Origin: Macrostomum lignano
Taxonomy: Eukaryota
Length of the DNA stretch: 64,000 bases
NCBI GenBank assembly: GCA_002269645.1
Contig: NIVC01000469.1
Location: 356,724-420,723 of the forward strand
Direction of reading: 5' to 3'
Position numbers and translations under genes: made by a program. Position 1 is the first letter of the stretch. The number at the start of each line of letters is the position of its first letter. Shown here piece by piece: positions 28,385 to 38,867 of this stretch. Below the pieces are notes generated by a model. The model was not told the origin of the DNA. It made no database searches and worked only from the letters and a program-made list of their open reading frames with translations.

Positions 28385-28900
28385 TCTGTGTGTGTGTGTG
28401 TGTCTGTGTGTGGACAATTTTGATCGCTATGGACTCCCAAACCACTCAACCAAATTACACCAAACTTTACACCCACCCTAAAATTGCTACGGAGAATGTC
28501 TTAGGCTACTTTTTATTTTCCTAAATTTGAGTCTTCCCACCTAAAAGTGCAAAAAACTGCTCAAAATGCGAGATTTTTTTACTAAATCCTCCATAGCACC
28601 GCTCCACTTCTACCGATTCTCTTCAAAGTTGATCCCAAACGGCGCTGTGCACTTTTAAAGTTTGGCTGTTTTTTTTCAGCGAGGCAGCCACCCCAACCTC
28701 CGCCCGCCTGCCTCTCTTTCCCGATCTGGGCAAAGGGTGTGAATAGGTTTTAAAATGCCTAACTTTCGGCTGCCATAGTTTTGCTCCACGTGAAGCGATT
28801 GACTTTAAATTTGACACAATTCTTTATTGACTCATTCTCTGCCTACGTGTAAAGTCTCAACTCTGTAACTCATTCAGAACAGAAACTGTAAGCATGTGAA
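28385..28900. mobile_element. Possible non-autonomous Helitron/Helentron-like element
   Basis: Starts with (GT)n/TCTG followed by GATCGCTATGGACTCCCAAACCACTCAACCAAATTACACCAAACTTTACAC, a pattern typical of HINE-type elements. Ends not defined. Confidence 0.3.
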
Positions 28901-29443
28901 GTTTGTCTGCTTTTTCTGTTGTTTGAGCCACTCACTCACTCATTCCCCCAGAGCCAGACGAAGGGTCAGGCGATAGGGCTCAATGTACATAGCGAATGTA
29001 CAGTGTTTTTGGAATAGCCTTCTCTGTACCCCCACGAGTGGAGAGGCGTGGAGAGGAGAGAGTTTAGCGAGAGATTCAACCACTGTCCTCACTCCTGTAT
29101 AAGACAAGTCTGCAGGAGTTAAACAAGGATGGCAAATCAAGGCGATGTGGGATGGTTTGTAAAAATAGCGAAAAATTAATGAATAACTGATTACAATGCA
29201 ATTTTACTAAATTGCTTACACCATGAAAATTTTAACATTAAGATACGAATAAGGTACTTGAAAATTTAAATAACCTCCTATGAAATGCGTATTTCCTTGG
29301 TTGTTAGACTGCTGCAGACTGTGGTGGTGGAGCTAGAGAATGGAGATACACAAATTCCTCTCAGGACTGCTAATTGGCCAGAAAGAGCACGAGAAATTAT
29401 AACAACCATAATAGTACTACGTCCCACAAACTGGCTTTCGAAG

Positions 29444-31087
29444 CAGGGATCGGCAGATTTTTATCTCAAAGGCCAGATAAAGAATCAAGCTTATGGCTGC
29501 GGGGCAGATGAGAGTGAAAAGGAAAAGGAGTAGACTATTAGAAAGGGAGGAGGGGCGAAAGAGGATAAGAGAATAGATAGAAGATATCAGGAGAGACGAG
29601 GGGGTCGAGGGCAGAGCAGAGAATATGGGAGTCGGGAGGAAGAAGCGAGAGGAGGGAAGAGAGAAGGGAGATGGAATTAGAGGTGAGAAGATGGAGAGAG
29701 AAGAGGGGAGAGATGAGACAGAGGATCAATGAGAGAGGAGAGTAGAGAAGAGTGAGAAGAGATGAGAGATGAGAGAACAGAGAGGCAGATGAGAGAGGAT
29801 CGAGAGGAGAGATTAGAAAGGATAGAGAAGAGAGGGGGATAGAGGGGAGAGAGAGGAGTGAGAAGAGGAGATAAGATATAAGAGATAAGAGAGAGAGAGT
29901 TGAGAAAGAAGAGAGGAGAAAAGAGAGATGATAGAGTAAAGGAAAAGGAGGAGAGAGGAAAGAGATGAGATCGTGGAGATGAGAGAGATGAAAAAAGATG
30001 ATCGTGAGAGTAGATATGAGAGATGAAGGAAGAGAGAGCAGAGTGCAGAGAGACGAGAGAAGAGAATAGAGGGGAGAGAGTATAGAAGAGGGAAGAGAAG
30101 AGAGGAGTAAGGAAAGAGGGGTGTCAGAAGAGGGGAAAGAGAAGAGTACACAGTAGAGATGAGAGTAGAGATGACAGAAGAGAGAGGGGAATGAGAGAGC
30201 GAAGATGAGAGTGAACAGACGATATAAGAAAGGAGAGAGGAGAGTGAGAAAGAAGAGAGAAGACAAGAGAGGGAGAGAGTATAGAAGAGAGAAGTGAAGA
30301 GACAAGAAGAAAGAATTGAAAGGATCGAGTCCTTCTGAGTCAAAAAAGGGGAAAGAGAGGAGTACAAGTGGAGAGAGGTGAGAGAACATATGAGAGTAAA
30401 GATGACATAACAGAGAGGGGAGATGAGAGATCAGAACAGACGAGAGATGGAAGAGTAGAGAGAAAAGAAGAGAGATAAGAAATAAGAGATAAGAGGTGCA
30501 GACAAGGGAGAGATGAGAAGTGAGTGAGGAGAGAGGAGGGGAAGGGAGAGAATCGAGAGGACAGGGGAAATTGGTGAAAAGGACGAGAGAGGAGATGAAA
30601 GAAGGGAGAGATTAGAGAGAAGAGAGATAGGACAGGAGATAGCAGAGAGATGAGAGGAGAGAGTGGACAGAGGAAAGGAAAGAGTTGAGAGAAGAGAGGA
30701 AAAAGGAGAGAGTAGAGATAAGGAAAGTGTTGAGAGAGGGTAGAGTAAGGAGTGAGAAGAGAGGTGAGGGAAGAGAGAGCAGAGAGCAGAGTGAAGAGAG
30801 AGTAGAGAGCAGAGAGAAATGAGAAAAGATAAAACAGGAGAAAGGAGATATGAGAGACCAGAGATCAGAGCGAAGAGAGGAGAAGAGAGAGAAAAGAATA
30901 GAGGGAAGAGGGAAGAGACGAGAGAGGAGACGAGAGAGGAGAGAAGAAAGAAGAGATAAGATGGGAGAGAGAGAGAAGAGACGAGAGAGAAGATAGGAAA
31001 CAGAAAAGAAGATGGAAGTTTCAAAGGATGCAAAGGACATAGGGAAAGGCAGAGGTACGTAGAGGCCAGAGTTTGCCTGACATTCTG
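29444..31087. mobile_element. hAT/Charlie-like MITE whose interior is a 1.5-kb GA-rich polypurine tract
   Basis: Left end CAGGGATCGGCAGATTTTTATCTCAAAGGCCAGATAAAGAATCAAGCTTATGGCTGCGGG; right end GGCCAGAGTTTGCCTGACATTCTG; purine tract 29510-31030. Confidence 0.6.
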
Positions 31088-31376
31088 CGCAGCACCCCAG
31101 CCAACAATATCAATGTTTGCCTCAAATCCTAATTTTACATGAATGTGTACTATTTTATGTTTAACTCTATCCTAACTATTAACAAGGGAACAAGTTTTTG
31201 TGTGAGTTTTACCTCAGATTTTAGAATACATACAAAAATAATTCCAGGAATGGAGTTCCCCGGGTTCAAAATCCGCGGGTTTCAACAGCTTGTAATTTAT
31301 ATTTGTCAATCTAAGTGAGACCAAAGAGTAAAAAATATATTTAAAAAAAGCTATCTATCTATCTTCGGGTATCATA

Positions 31377-32319
31377 TTATTCCTTTTTGCGGCCTAGTTG
31401 GTACTGCAAGCTATCAATCTAATCATAGATCATCATATTGAGGAAATCAGGCTTGCGAGACTGAAATTCTCTGTCTATGGTCGACACTCGCTGGCGATTC
31501 AATTCAAGTTCAATTTAATCCTGGGGGCATCAATTTGATCACATTCTATGAATTCAATGCACATTTTTACTGTTAGCGAAACCTGTTTTTAACTTGTTTT
31601 TACATCATATGATCTTCGGAGAGACTATGACGGCAGTCAGGTTGCAGACGTTCATCAATGATCTGGTGCAAAGCGTGACGAGTCGTGGTGATGTACCTGA
31701 TGGCGAGGAGTCTGTATGATCATGGATGACGTCCGTTTTCATCATGGAGTGACAATTCCAGATCAATTTCAGCCCGCTTGGCGCCTGGTGACATTGCCTC
31801 CATATTCGCCATTCCTCAATCCTGTGGAGAACGCGCACGCCTGCCTGAAGGCAGCCAAAAGCCAGCTGGCTCAACCACAACTGCAAGAAGAGCTGGACAC
31901 TCCGCCTGATGGTCATTCGCTACGAGAGTGGCGAATCCTTGTCCTACAGAGGGTTGCAGAGGACGCAACCCGTGAAGTGACCGTTGCAAAATGCGAGGCT
32001 GGTACCGGCAGATGCTGAGGTTTATTCCAGCCTGACTCGACGACATCCGACGCTAAAGCTTTTTATTTGTTTATTGTATTGTTCTGTTTTAGATTTTCTC
32101 AATGATAAGTAAACGACTTGTGTTATAGCACTGGATATCTAACGTTATATGATTAGAATGACCAAATTGATGCCCCCAGGATTAAATTGAACTCCGCTAT
32201 GCCAGCGAGTGTCGACCATAGACAGAAAATTTCAGTCTCGCAAGCCTGATTTCCTCAATATGATGATCTATGATTAGATTGAGAGCTTGCAGTGCCAACT
32301 AGGCCGCAAAAAGGAATAA
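31377..32319 (+). mobile_element. Internally deleted Tc1/IS630-type element with ~175-bp TIRs
   Basis: Long inverted repeats beginning TTATTCCTTTTTGCGGCCTAGTTGG and ending CCAACTAGGCCGCAAAAAGGAATAA, with TA TSD. Interior ORF 31716-32018 carries IMDDVRFH...LPPYSPFLNPVE, the C-terminal DDE motifs. Confidence 0.9.
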
Positions 32320-32329
32320 TAAAATTGTG

Positions 32330-32508
32330 CGATTATTAAATTGGTTTCTCCAAAGCCCATGGTTTGGACCATAGAGTACTGAGGAATCTATCTTTAGCGC
32401 TGGGTTTCCCCACTGATTATTAAATTGGTTGCTCCAAAGCCCATGGTTTGGACCATAGAGTACTGAGGAATCTATTTTTAGCGCTGGGTTTCCCCACTGA
32501 TTATTAAA
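32330..32508. repeat. Tandem duplication of ~87 bp upstream of the PAN/LamG-like gene
   Basis: GATTATTAAATTGGTT...GGGTTTCCCCACT occurs twice. Confidence 0.85.
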
Positions 32509-32597
32509 TTGTGGGAACCCTAACAGTTTACCAGAGCGTCAAACACCTGCCTGGTCTTAACAATCCTTTCCAAATTCCAATGCAGAACTGGTTGAAG

Positions 32598-33632
32598 ATG
32601 ATGAAGCCGGATGAAGCCTATCTTGTGCTGCTGCTGCTGCCGCTGATGCCAGTCTTGCTGCTGGGGGCCGTCACGGATCCAGCCGTTAACAAGACGCTCA
32701 AATTCCATCAATCTCCCGCCTGCCCTCCGGCCTCAGTCGTCACCTCAATGAAGCTCCAGGGAGTGAAGGCGCGGCAGACTTGCGCGGTGGAGTGCTCGCT
32801 GAGGTCCAACTGCGCCGTGTACAACTTTGTCAGCTCGTCCAGCGAGTGCCAGATGGGCAGCACGGCTGATCTGATTGGCAGCTGGACACCCAACGAAAGT
32901 TCGCCCTGCACCAGCCAGCTGAACCCGCGCCTGCCGGGAATTCTCACCTTCCGAGCCAACTTGTTGGCCTTTCTGGACTTTCGCGTCGGCCAGGACAACC
33001 TGATTGGCGGCACTCAGTTCAAGGTGTCCCAGTCCTCGCCGGGAGTTGTCTACAGTTCAAGCCAGGGTGCCGTGTTCCCGACTCTAGATTCCACTGGCGC
33101 CTCCAACTACATCGAGCTGGACAAGCAAGGCAGCGAGACCATCGCCACCCTGCTCGGACGCGACAAGATCTTCACCGTGTACGCCCGGATCAGCCGGCAG
33201 GCAGGGACAACACCGCAGTCAGTTTACACTCTGACCGACTGCAACACCTACGCTGAAAAGCGAGGCGGTCTGTCTGTTGAGAGCAGTCGAGCTGTCGTGT
33301 ACAACAGCCTCACCTCTCCGGACGAAGTCAAGGCCAAACAGAGCGCACAGACATTCACCAGTACGTATGGCGAAACCAGCATTGACACTTCAATTGGAGC
33401 CGTGTTCAAAACTAACGAGTTCACCAGCGCCTTTGTCAACGGAGTTGCGAGCGAAGTCGAAGCGTTGACTGTTAGCAACGTGCCAACTTTCAAGGGCGCT
33501 CCGGAGTGCATCCGCCTGGGCTTCAGTCCCGAAGCTAACAAGGGGCTGGTTGGCCGCTACATCTGCTTCGCCATCGTGAAAGCCGAGCTTACAGCCGCTG
33601 AGTTCGCTGAGCTCGATGCTCTTTGTGGCTGA
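32598..33632 (+). CDS. Intronless secreted protein: signal peptide + PAN/apple-like domain + concanavalin-A/LamG-like domain
   Basis: Open 345-codon frame. Hydrophobic AYLVLLLLPLMPVLLLGA; PAN-type CAVECSLRSNCAVYNF...C; LamG-like LLAFLDF...FTVYARI...FVNG...IRLG. Start codon uncertain (32580, 32598 or 32601). Confidence 0.75.
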   Translation: MMKPDEAYLVLLLLPLMPVLLLGAVTDPAVNKTLKFHQSPACPPASVVTSMKLQGVKARQTCAVECSLRSNCAVYNFVSSSSECQMGSTADLIGSWTPNESSPCTSQLNPRLPGILTFRANLLAFLDFRVGQDNLIGGTQFKVSQSSPGVVYSSSQGAVFPTLDSTGASNYIELDKQGSETIATLLGRDKIFTVYARISRQAGTTPQSVYTLTDCNTYAEKRGGLSVESSRAVVYNSLTSPDEVKAKQSAQTFTSTYGETSIDTSIGAVFKTNEFTSAFVNGVASEVEALTVSNVPTFKGAPECIRLGFSPEANKGLVGRYICFAIVKAELTAAEFAELDALCG

Positions 33633-33667
33633 GCAGCTTGATTGAGACTTAGTTGGTGGACTGACGT

Positions 33668-33945
33668 TTGGGTTTGGTGGCTGAGTATCATATGGGTTTG
33701 GTGGCTGAGTATCATATGGGTTTGGTGGCTGAGATCATATGGGTTTAGTGGCTGAGTATCATGAGGCTTTGGTGGCTGAGTATCATATGGGTTTGGTGGC
33801 TGAGTATCATGAGGCTTTGGTGGCTGAGTATCATATGGGTTTGGTGGCTGAGTATCATATGGGTTTGGTGGCTGAGATCATATGGGTTTGGTGGCTGAGT
33901 ATCATATGGGTTTGGTGGCTGAGATCATATGGGTTTGGTGGCTGC
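33668..33945. repeat. 23/24-bp minisatellite GGGTTTGGTGGCTGAGTATCATAT
   Basis: Directly visible, starting ~36 nt after the stop codon. Confidence 0.95.
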
Positions 33946-34447
33946 TCATGTATGTCTTGCATGGCTTGCATTGCATGTCTTGCTCATGTACGTGGTTCAG
34001 TTATTGAAGTTCAACTGGTGAAGCTCTGATATTAACAAATATTTTACCGTCAATAGAAGTTCTAAAAATATTTTTAGCTTTCCTCTAAAGCAATTTACAT
34101 TTTATGTCACACGTATTTTTAAAAACCTGTCCCTACGAATTCTTTACTTTAATAGAACAGGATATTTTATTATTCAAAAATTTTCTCACCTTCTTGTTAC
34201 TTTCTCGCATTGTCTAAAAAGGCCGAAATGTTGCAAGTTCATACGATTTTTAATCATAATCCAGCTTATGATTTAATAAAATGTTTTGTAATAGTTGTGT
34301 TAATAACTATAAGTTTATTAATTTAGCATATAGCACCCTGTTTCGCGAGCGTGTGCGCGCAAGATCTTTAGTTTTTTTTTGCGTTTCTCTATATAGCTTT
34401 TTATAATTGCATCTGTAGCTATTCAATGAGTGAGCTACATGCATATG

Positions 34448-34484
34448 CAAGGACTACTAGACGAAGTGTTCCTAGTGGTCCTTG
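34448..34484. mobile_element. 37-bp P-like relic or excision footprint
   Basis: CAAGGACTACTAG...CTAGTGGTCCTTG (13-bp IR, 1 mismatch) flanked by a perfect 8-bp TSD TGCATATG (34440-34447, 34485-34492). Confidence 0.75.
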
Positions 34485-34580
34485 TGCATATGATGCACAG
34501 TACGAGCTAATACATATAATCTTAACAATACATTACGCAACACGATCATATACCGATACTTCTGTATATCACAGATAATT

Positions 34581-34851
34581 GATTACACCTTGCCCCAGTG
34601 GGTCAGATGTGCAACCGACAGCTCAGCCGCAGCTTTTTCGCGGCGCATCTGAAGGCTGCGTACGGTTGGCACCCTCCCTCAATTACCCCAGCTAATGCTG
34701 GCACCCATTTTACAGCTGGGTGAACTGAAGCAATGCAGGTTGAGTTTTAGGAGTCTTGCTCAAGGACACAAATTGATCCGAGTGGGTCGAGAATCGAACC
34801 CCAGACCTTTCAGTCGTGAGTCCAACGCCCTGAACACTAGGCTACAATCCC
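34581..34851 (-). mobile_element. tRNA-SINE family 1, near full length, with a Meta/CORE-like central domain
   Basis: Minus strand: tRNA-like head (A box, GGTTCGATTC B box), then GTGTCCTTGAGCAAGAC...TGCTTCAGTTCACCCAGCTGTAAAATGGGT, then the shared tail. Confidence 0.85.
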
Positions 34852-35589
34852 TAGTCTAGGCTACATGTACTCGTATTGGGCATTATGATTTATTTCATGT
34901 ACCTGCGCAAATGGGACTTCAAGATGTTTACGACAACTGCTAGAGAAAAGTTAAAAAGTACATGCATGCACAATTCTACACATAAAGTACAAACCTTAAA
35001 TACGCTTGATGCTCTGACGTAATTATCCTCACACATGTAGAATAGGCTACTGCACACCATGCAGCAGAATCGATTCCGGCCAGCAACTATATACAATAAG
35101 CAATTCCATAAGAAAACACATGTAAATATTGTAGATGCAAGGCATCGTGCATAATACGTACTGTATACCTATACCCACCTATACATGTACATATAGGTAT
35201 TGCATATTTTGCTACTTAATGTATATAGCTATAGTAGTATGACAAAATGCTTCTTTCGACATTTATACCTCAATCGAGTAACACATCTTTAGTTTTTTAT
35301 TTCGGCTTCAGATAAGATCTACAGTTGAGATTGAGCACTCTGGTGTATTCTGCATCCAGCTCGTGTCTGATTGCATATATTCAACCAAAAATCGCAAGCC
35401 CACACGGCGGTTTGCGGCAAAAGGGTGTTTGTTTTTCACTACTCGAGCCCTGCACAGAAATGCAGGGGCCAATGTGTGTGCCAATTAGAAGCACCGAGGA
35501 CGCGACTTGAGTATCGACGTACAGTGTAAATAGTCTGACAATAATGTTGTAGTTCTCCCCGAACAGAACTGGAAGCATAGAGGCGGCTC

Positions 35590-36350
35590 AGCGTGCTTGG
35601 CTACGCCGACGATCTCGCTCTACTGCTGTCTAACTTCGACCGTCGAGGGCGCCCGCGCCAGCTGGACCGGCTGGTGAGAGTTGTGGCGAGTGTCGGCCTG
35701 GTGATGGTCAACAACACACAGAGGAGTCGTCGATCGTGCTCGTGCTGGACAACTTTGATCGAGGCTGCAATTTTCTGCCGAGGCGCTGACAGATAGGTGA
35801 CTAAGCTTCCGTGCTGTCAGCAGTTCGTCTACCTCGGCGGTCAGGTGCCGAAGTGCGCGAGGACCTGAGACGTCGCCGTGAACAACTTGCCTGGGCTGCC
35901 TTCCGCTCCGTTTTTCTTAGCGGTGATCGAGACTGTCCTGTTGTATAACGCCGAGACCTGGACGCTGACAGATTCGCTCGAACTGCGGGTCGACGACGCC
36001 GCCTTCAAGATCGGCTATACGAGCGAGTCACCAAAAATGCGGCACTCTATATCGTACCACCCCGCGAACTGTCGCGCCGTCGGCGACTCCAGCTGGCAGG
36101 CCATTTTGTACTGCCCGCAACCGTTGCAGGAGGTGCTGAGCCGCAGACGCTGCAGGCACTACTGCACCCTACCAAAGCAGGCCATTAGCCGGAATACTTC
36201 AGCATGGAATAATGGAATAGGACTTCGGCTGGGGCAGGGCCCGCCTGCACCCTCCAGGGCAGGCTTTTCGTCGACTGCCTGCTGGCTGATTATGGCGCCC
36301 CGGACACTGCCGGCGATGCGGCCTACTTTCGCGCCCAGGCCTTAAAACGC
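35590..36350 (+). mobile_element. Decayed 3' fragment of an RTE-clade LINE
   Basis: LGYADDLALL (YADD), FVYLGG and FLAVIETVLLYNAETWTLT lie in different frames. Confidence 0.8.
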
Positions 36351-36702
36351 GTCCCGTGACGTTGTCTGTTTGACTGACTATAACAACGTATTTTGTTGTG
36401 CTGTTGTATAGAGTTCCTGTTATAACGGCTTATGGCCTATATCAGGAGTCAGGCCTGGAGTATAATTTCCAAAGCGCAATACACACCAAAATCTAGAAAA
36501 GAAAGTTTTGCAATTTTTAAGAAAACCTTTAGAACCTATTTTTTATATTTTATAAAAGTTCTTTGTAGATTTATTCATCTGATTTAAGTTTCAATTTTGC
36601 ATATTGTTAGCATACTAGCATAAAGGAAAATTCGACACTAACATCGTTTGTCGTTACTATTTGTTATAACCTCTTCTACAAGCGTACCGTGCTATTTAAA
36701 TC

Positions 36703-37733
36703 GGGTCTCCCTAAAACCAAGGACGACTTAAGTAGAAGGACGGGAAACCTCGTTTCTTAGAAAAGTTTTGAAGGCACTTTTTCCCGAAAAAAATACACTA
36801 CGGAGATAGGAAGTTTTCATTTTTTCAGCACAAAAATTGTTATTGCGTTTGATAGGAGGCAGATCCAGTGTTCATATTTTGATATGTTGTGCCTTTTTTA
36901 TTGCTCTATCGATATTTTTAAAGCTTTTCGTTCAGGAAATTAGGATTCTATGTTAATTTTTTATTCTTCGTATATTTTCGCGTGTCTTGTGCTTGAAATA
37001 CATTAGAATGCCACGGCTCGGCTCTTTGGTTTTATGAGTCTATTTGATCATTCTTACCCGACTGTGTAGCAAATATTTGTAACAGAGATGATAAAATAGG
37101 TTCATAAAACCAAATATTGGAGCTGTGTCATGCATTTTTGTGATTTTTAGATACAGGAAATATACGTAGAATAAAAAATTAACATAGAATCCTAGTTTTC
37201 TGAACGAAAAGCTTTATAAATATCGATAGAACAATAAAAAGGGCACAACATATCAAAAGATGAACACTGGATCTGCCTCCTATCAAACGCAATAACAATT
37301 TTTGTGCTGAAAAAATGAAAACTTCCTATCTCCGTAGTGTATTTTTTTGGGAAAAGTGCCTTCAAAACTTTTCTACCAAACGAGGTTTCCCGTCCTTCTA
37401 CTTAAGTCGTCCTTGCCTAAAACACGCCCCGCACCGCCCTGCAGCGCTACACATTAAATTTTATTAAATTTGGTTTCTTTAATATGAAATATAAAATTCG
37501 GTGAATAATAAGTGATATTAATAATAATATTAATATAATAATAATAATAATATAATTTAATAATGAAAACGAAAATATAAAAAATTATAACAATATTTAT
37601 AATAATAATTAAAGATATTTATTCCATTACTCTTACAACAAATAGTTTTCCTTGCAATCAAATACTGCATTGACAAAAAATGTTATAATGTGTAGCGGTT
37701 CGGGGCGGTGCGGTGCGTGTTTTAGGGAGACCC
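36703..37733. mobile_element. Mutator-like MITE interrupted in its left TIR
   Basis: TIR GGGTCTCCCTAAAACACGC / GCGTGTTTTAGGGAGACCC; perfect 9-bp TSD ATTTAAATC (36694-36702, 37734-37742). Confidence 0.85.
36718..37415. mobile_element. Foldback P-superfamily-like MITE (698 bp, ~250-bp arms)
   Basis: Termini CAAGGACGACTTAAGTAGAAGGACGGGAAAC and its reverse complement; perfect 8-bp TSD CCTAAAAC (36710-36717, 37416-37423). Confidence 0.9.
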
Positions 37734-38644
37734 ATTTAAATCATATTATTTATGAATAACGTGGCTGGGTGCTGGCCGGCTGCGAAGAATAATTTTTGCG
37801 CGCTTCTGTGAACCTCTGCCCACCCAACTTTGTGAACAGTTTTGTCACGTGGCTATCATATGGTCATTGTTTAAATAGAAGAGAACTTTTTGCCTGTTTT
37901 TCCTGTTTCTTCAGTCCATTTTATCGTTTTACTTGTATCGAAATTGTCGAAAGACTGCACCGTACTCAGAGCTAGAACAGTTTGGTTCATGAATATTTTC
38001 CTTTATTAAAATAATCATACTTTATAAAAAATAGAAAATTTGCTCAAAGTAACTTGCAATCCCTAAAAACTTAAAAATTTCCAAAAGAGTTAGTGTTTCC
38101 TGGAACGCCAGCTGCAATCTCGCCCTAACTAAAGTGCAAACTGCAATTTGTCATGAAATGCCACCTAATCCCCTAAAGAACAAGCAATCCACTACAGAAA
38201 TGAAACAGCCATCAACAAAACTTGATGAGATTGATAATGGATATCATGGAGAAAGCCTTCCTTGCCAAGTATCATCTATTGCAGATTCATCTATGCCACA
38301 TGTTAATGTAAGCTGAATAAGCATAATATTGCTTATGTATATATTATTACTTATATTGATATTTGTTTGTTGTTAAATATTTTTATAGGCCTATTCAATA
38401 GGCAATTGCAGAAAATGCAGTTTGAACTTAAGTATAATTTCTTGTCTATCCTATAATTTGTTATTATTAGGCTAGGTCTATATTATTTTTTTGTACTAGG
38501 CCTTAATATAACTAACTATGAATTTAAGATGTAGGCCCCTAGTATATTTTTTGGGGATAAAGATTTCATACCATATAATATATTGGCTATATAAAAAAAT
38601 GGTCATAGCATAGGATTGGAATATCCATATGACAAAACATACAT

Positions 38645-38805
38645 CATACATGCGCAACTTTGGGAATCACTTAGCCATTTCTATTGGCAACACACACATG
38701 TAAGTCGCTATTGGCTGAGAGCAGTCATGTGACTACTATTCTGTCCAATAGCGACTTACATGTGTGTTGCCAATAGAAATGGCCGGGTGAATCCCTAGGT
38801 TGCGC
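38645..38805. mobile_element. Hairpin MITE starting CATACATGCGCAAC with ~40-bp near-perfect inner arms
   Basis: Arms 38674-38714 / 38745-38783. Same 14-bp terminus as the element at 59995-60251. Confidence 0.65.
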
Positions 38806-38867
38806 CCAAGCATGTGACAAAATGGCCATATATGACAAAAGTAAAAAATAAAATAATATTAAAATAA

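Noticed and set aside
29538-31040. Leu/Ser-rich membrane-protein-like ORFs on the minus strand
   Set aside because: They are translations of the low-complexity GA/CT tract.
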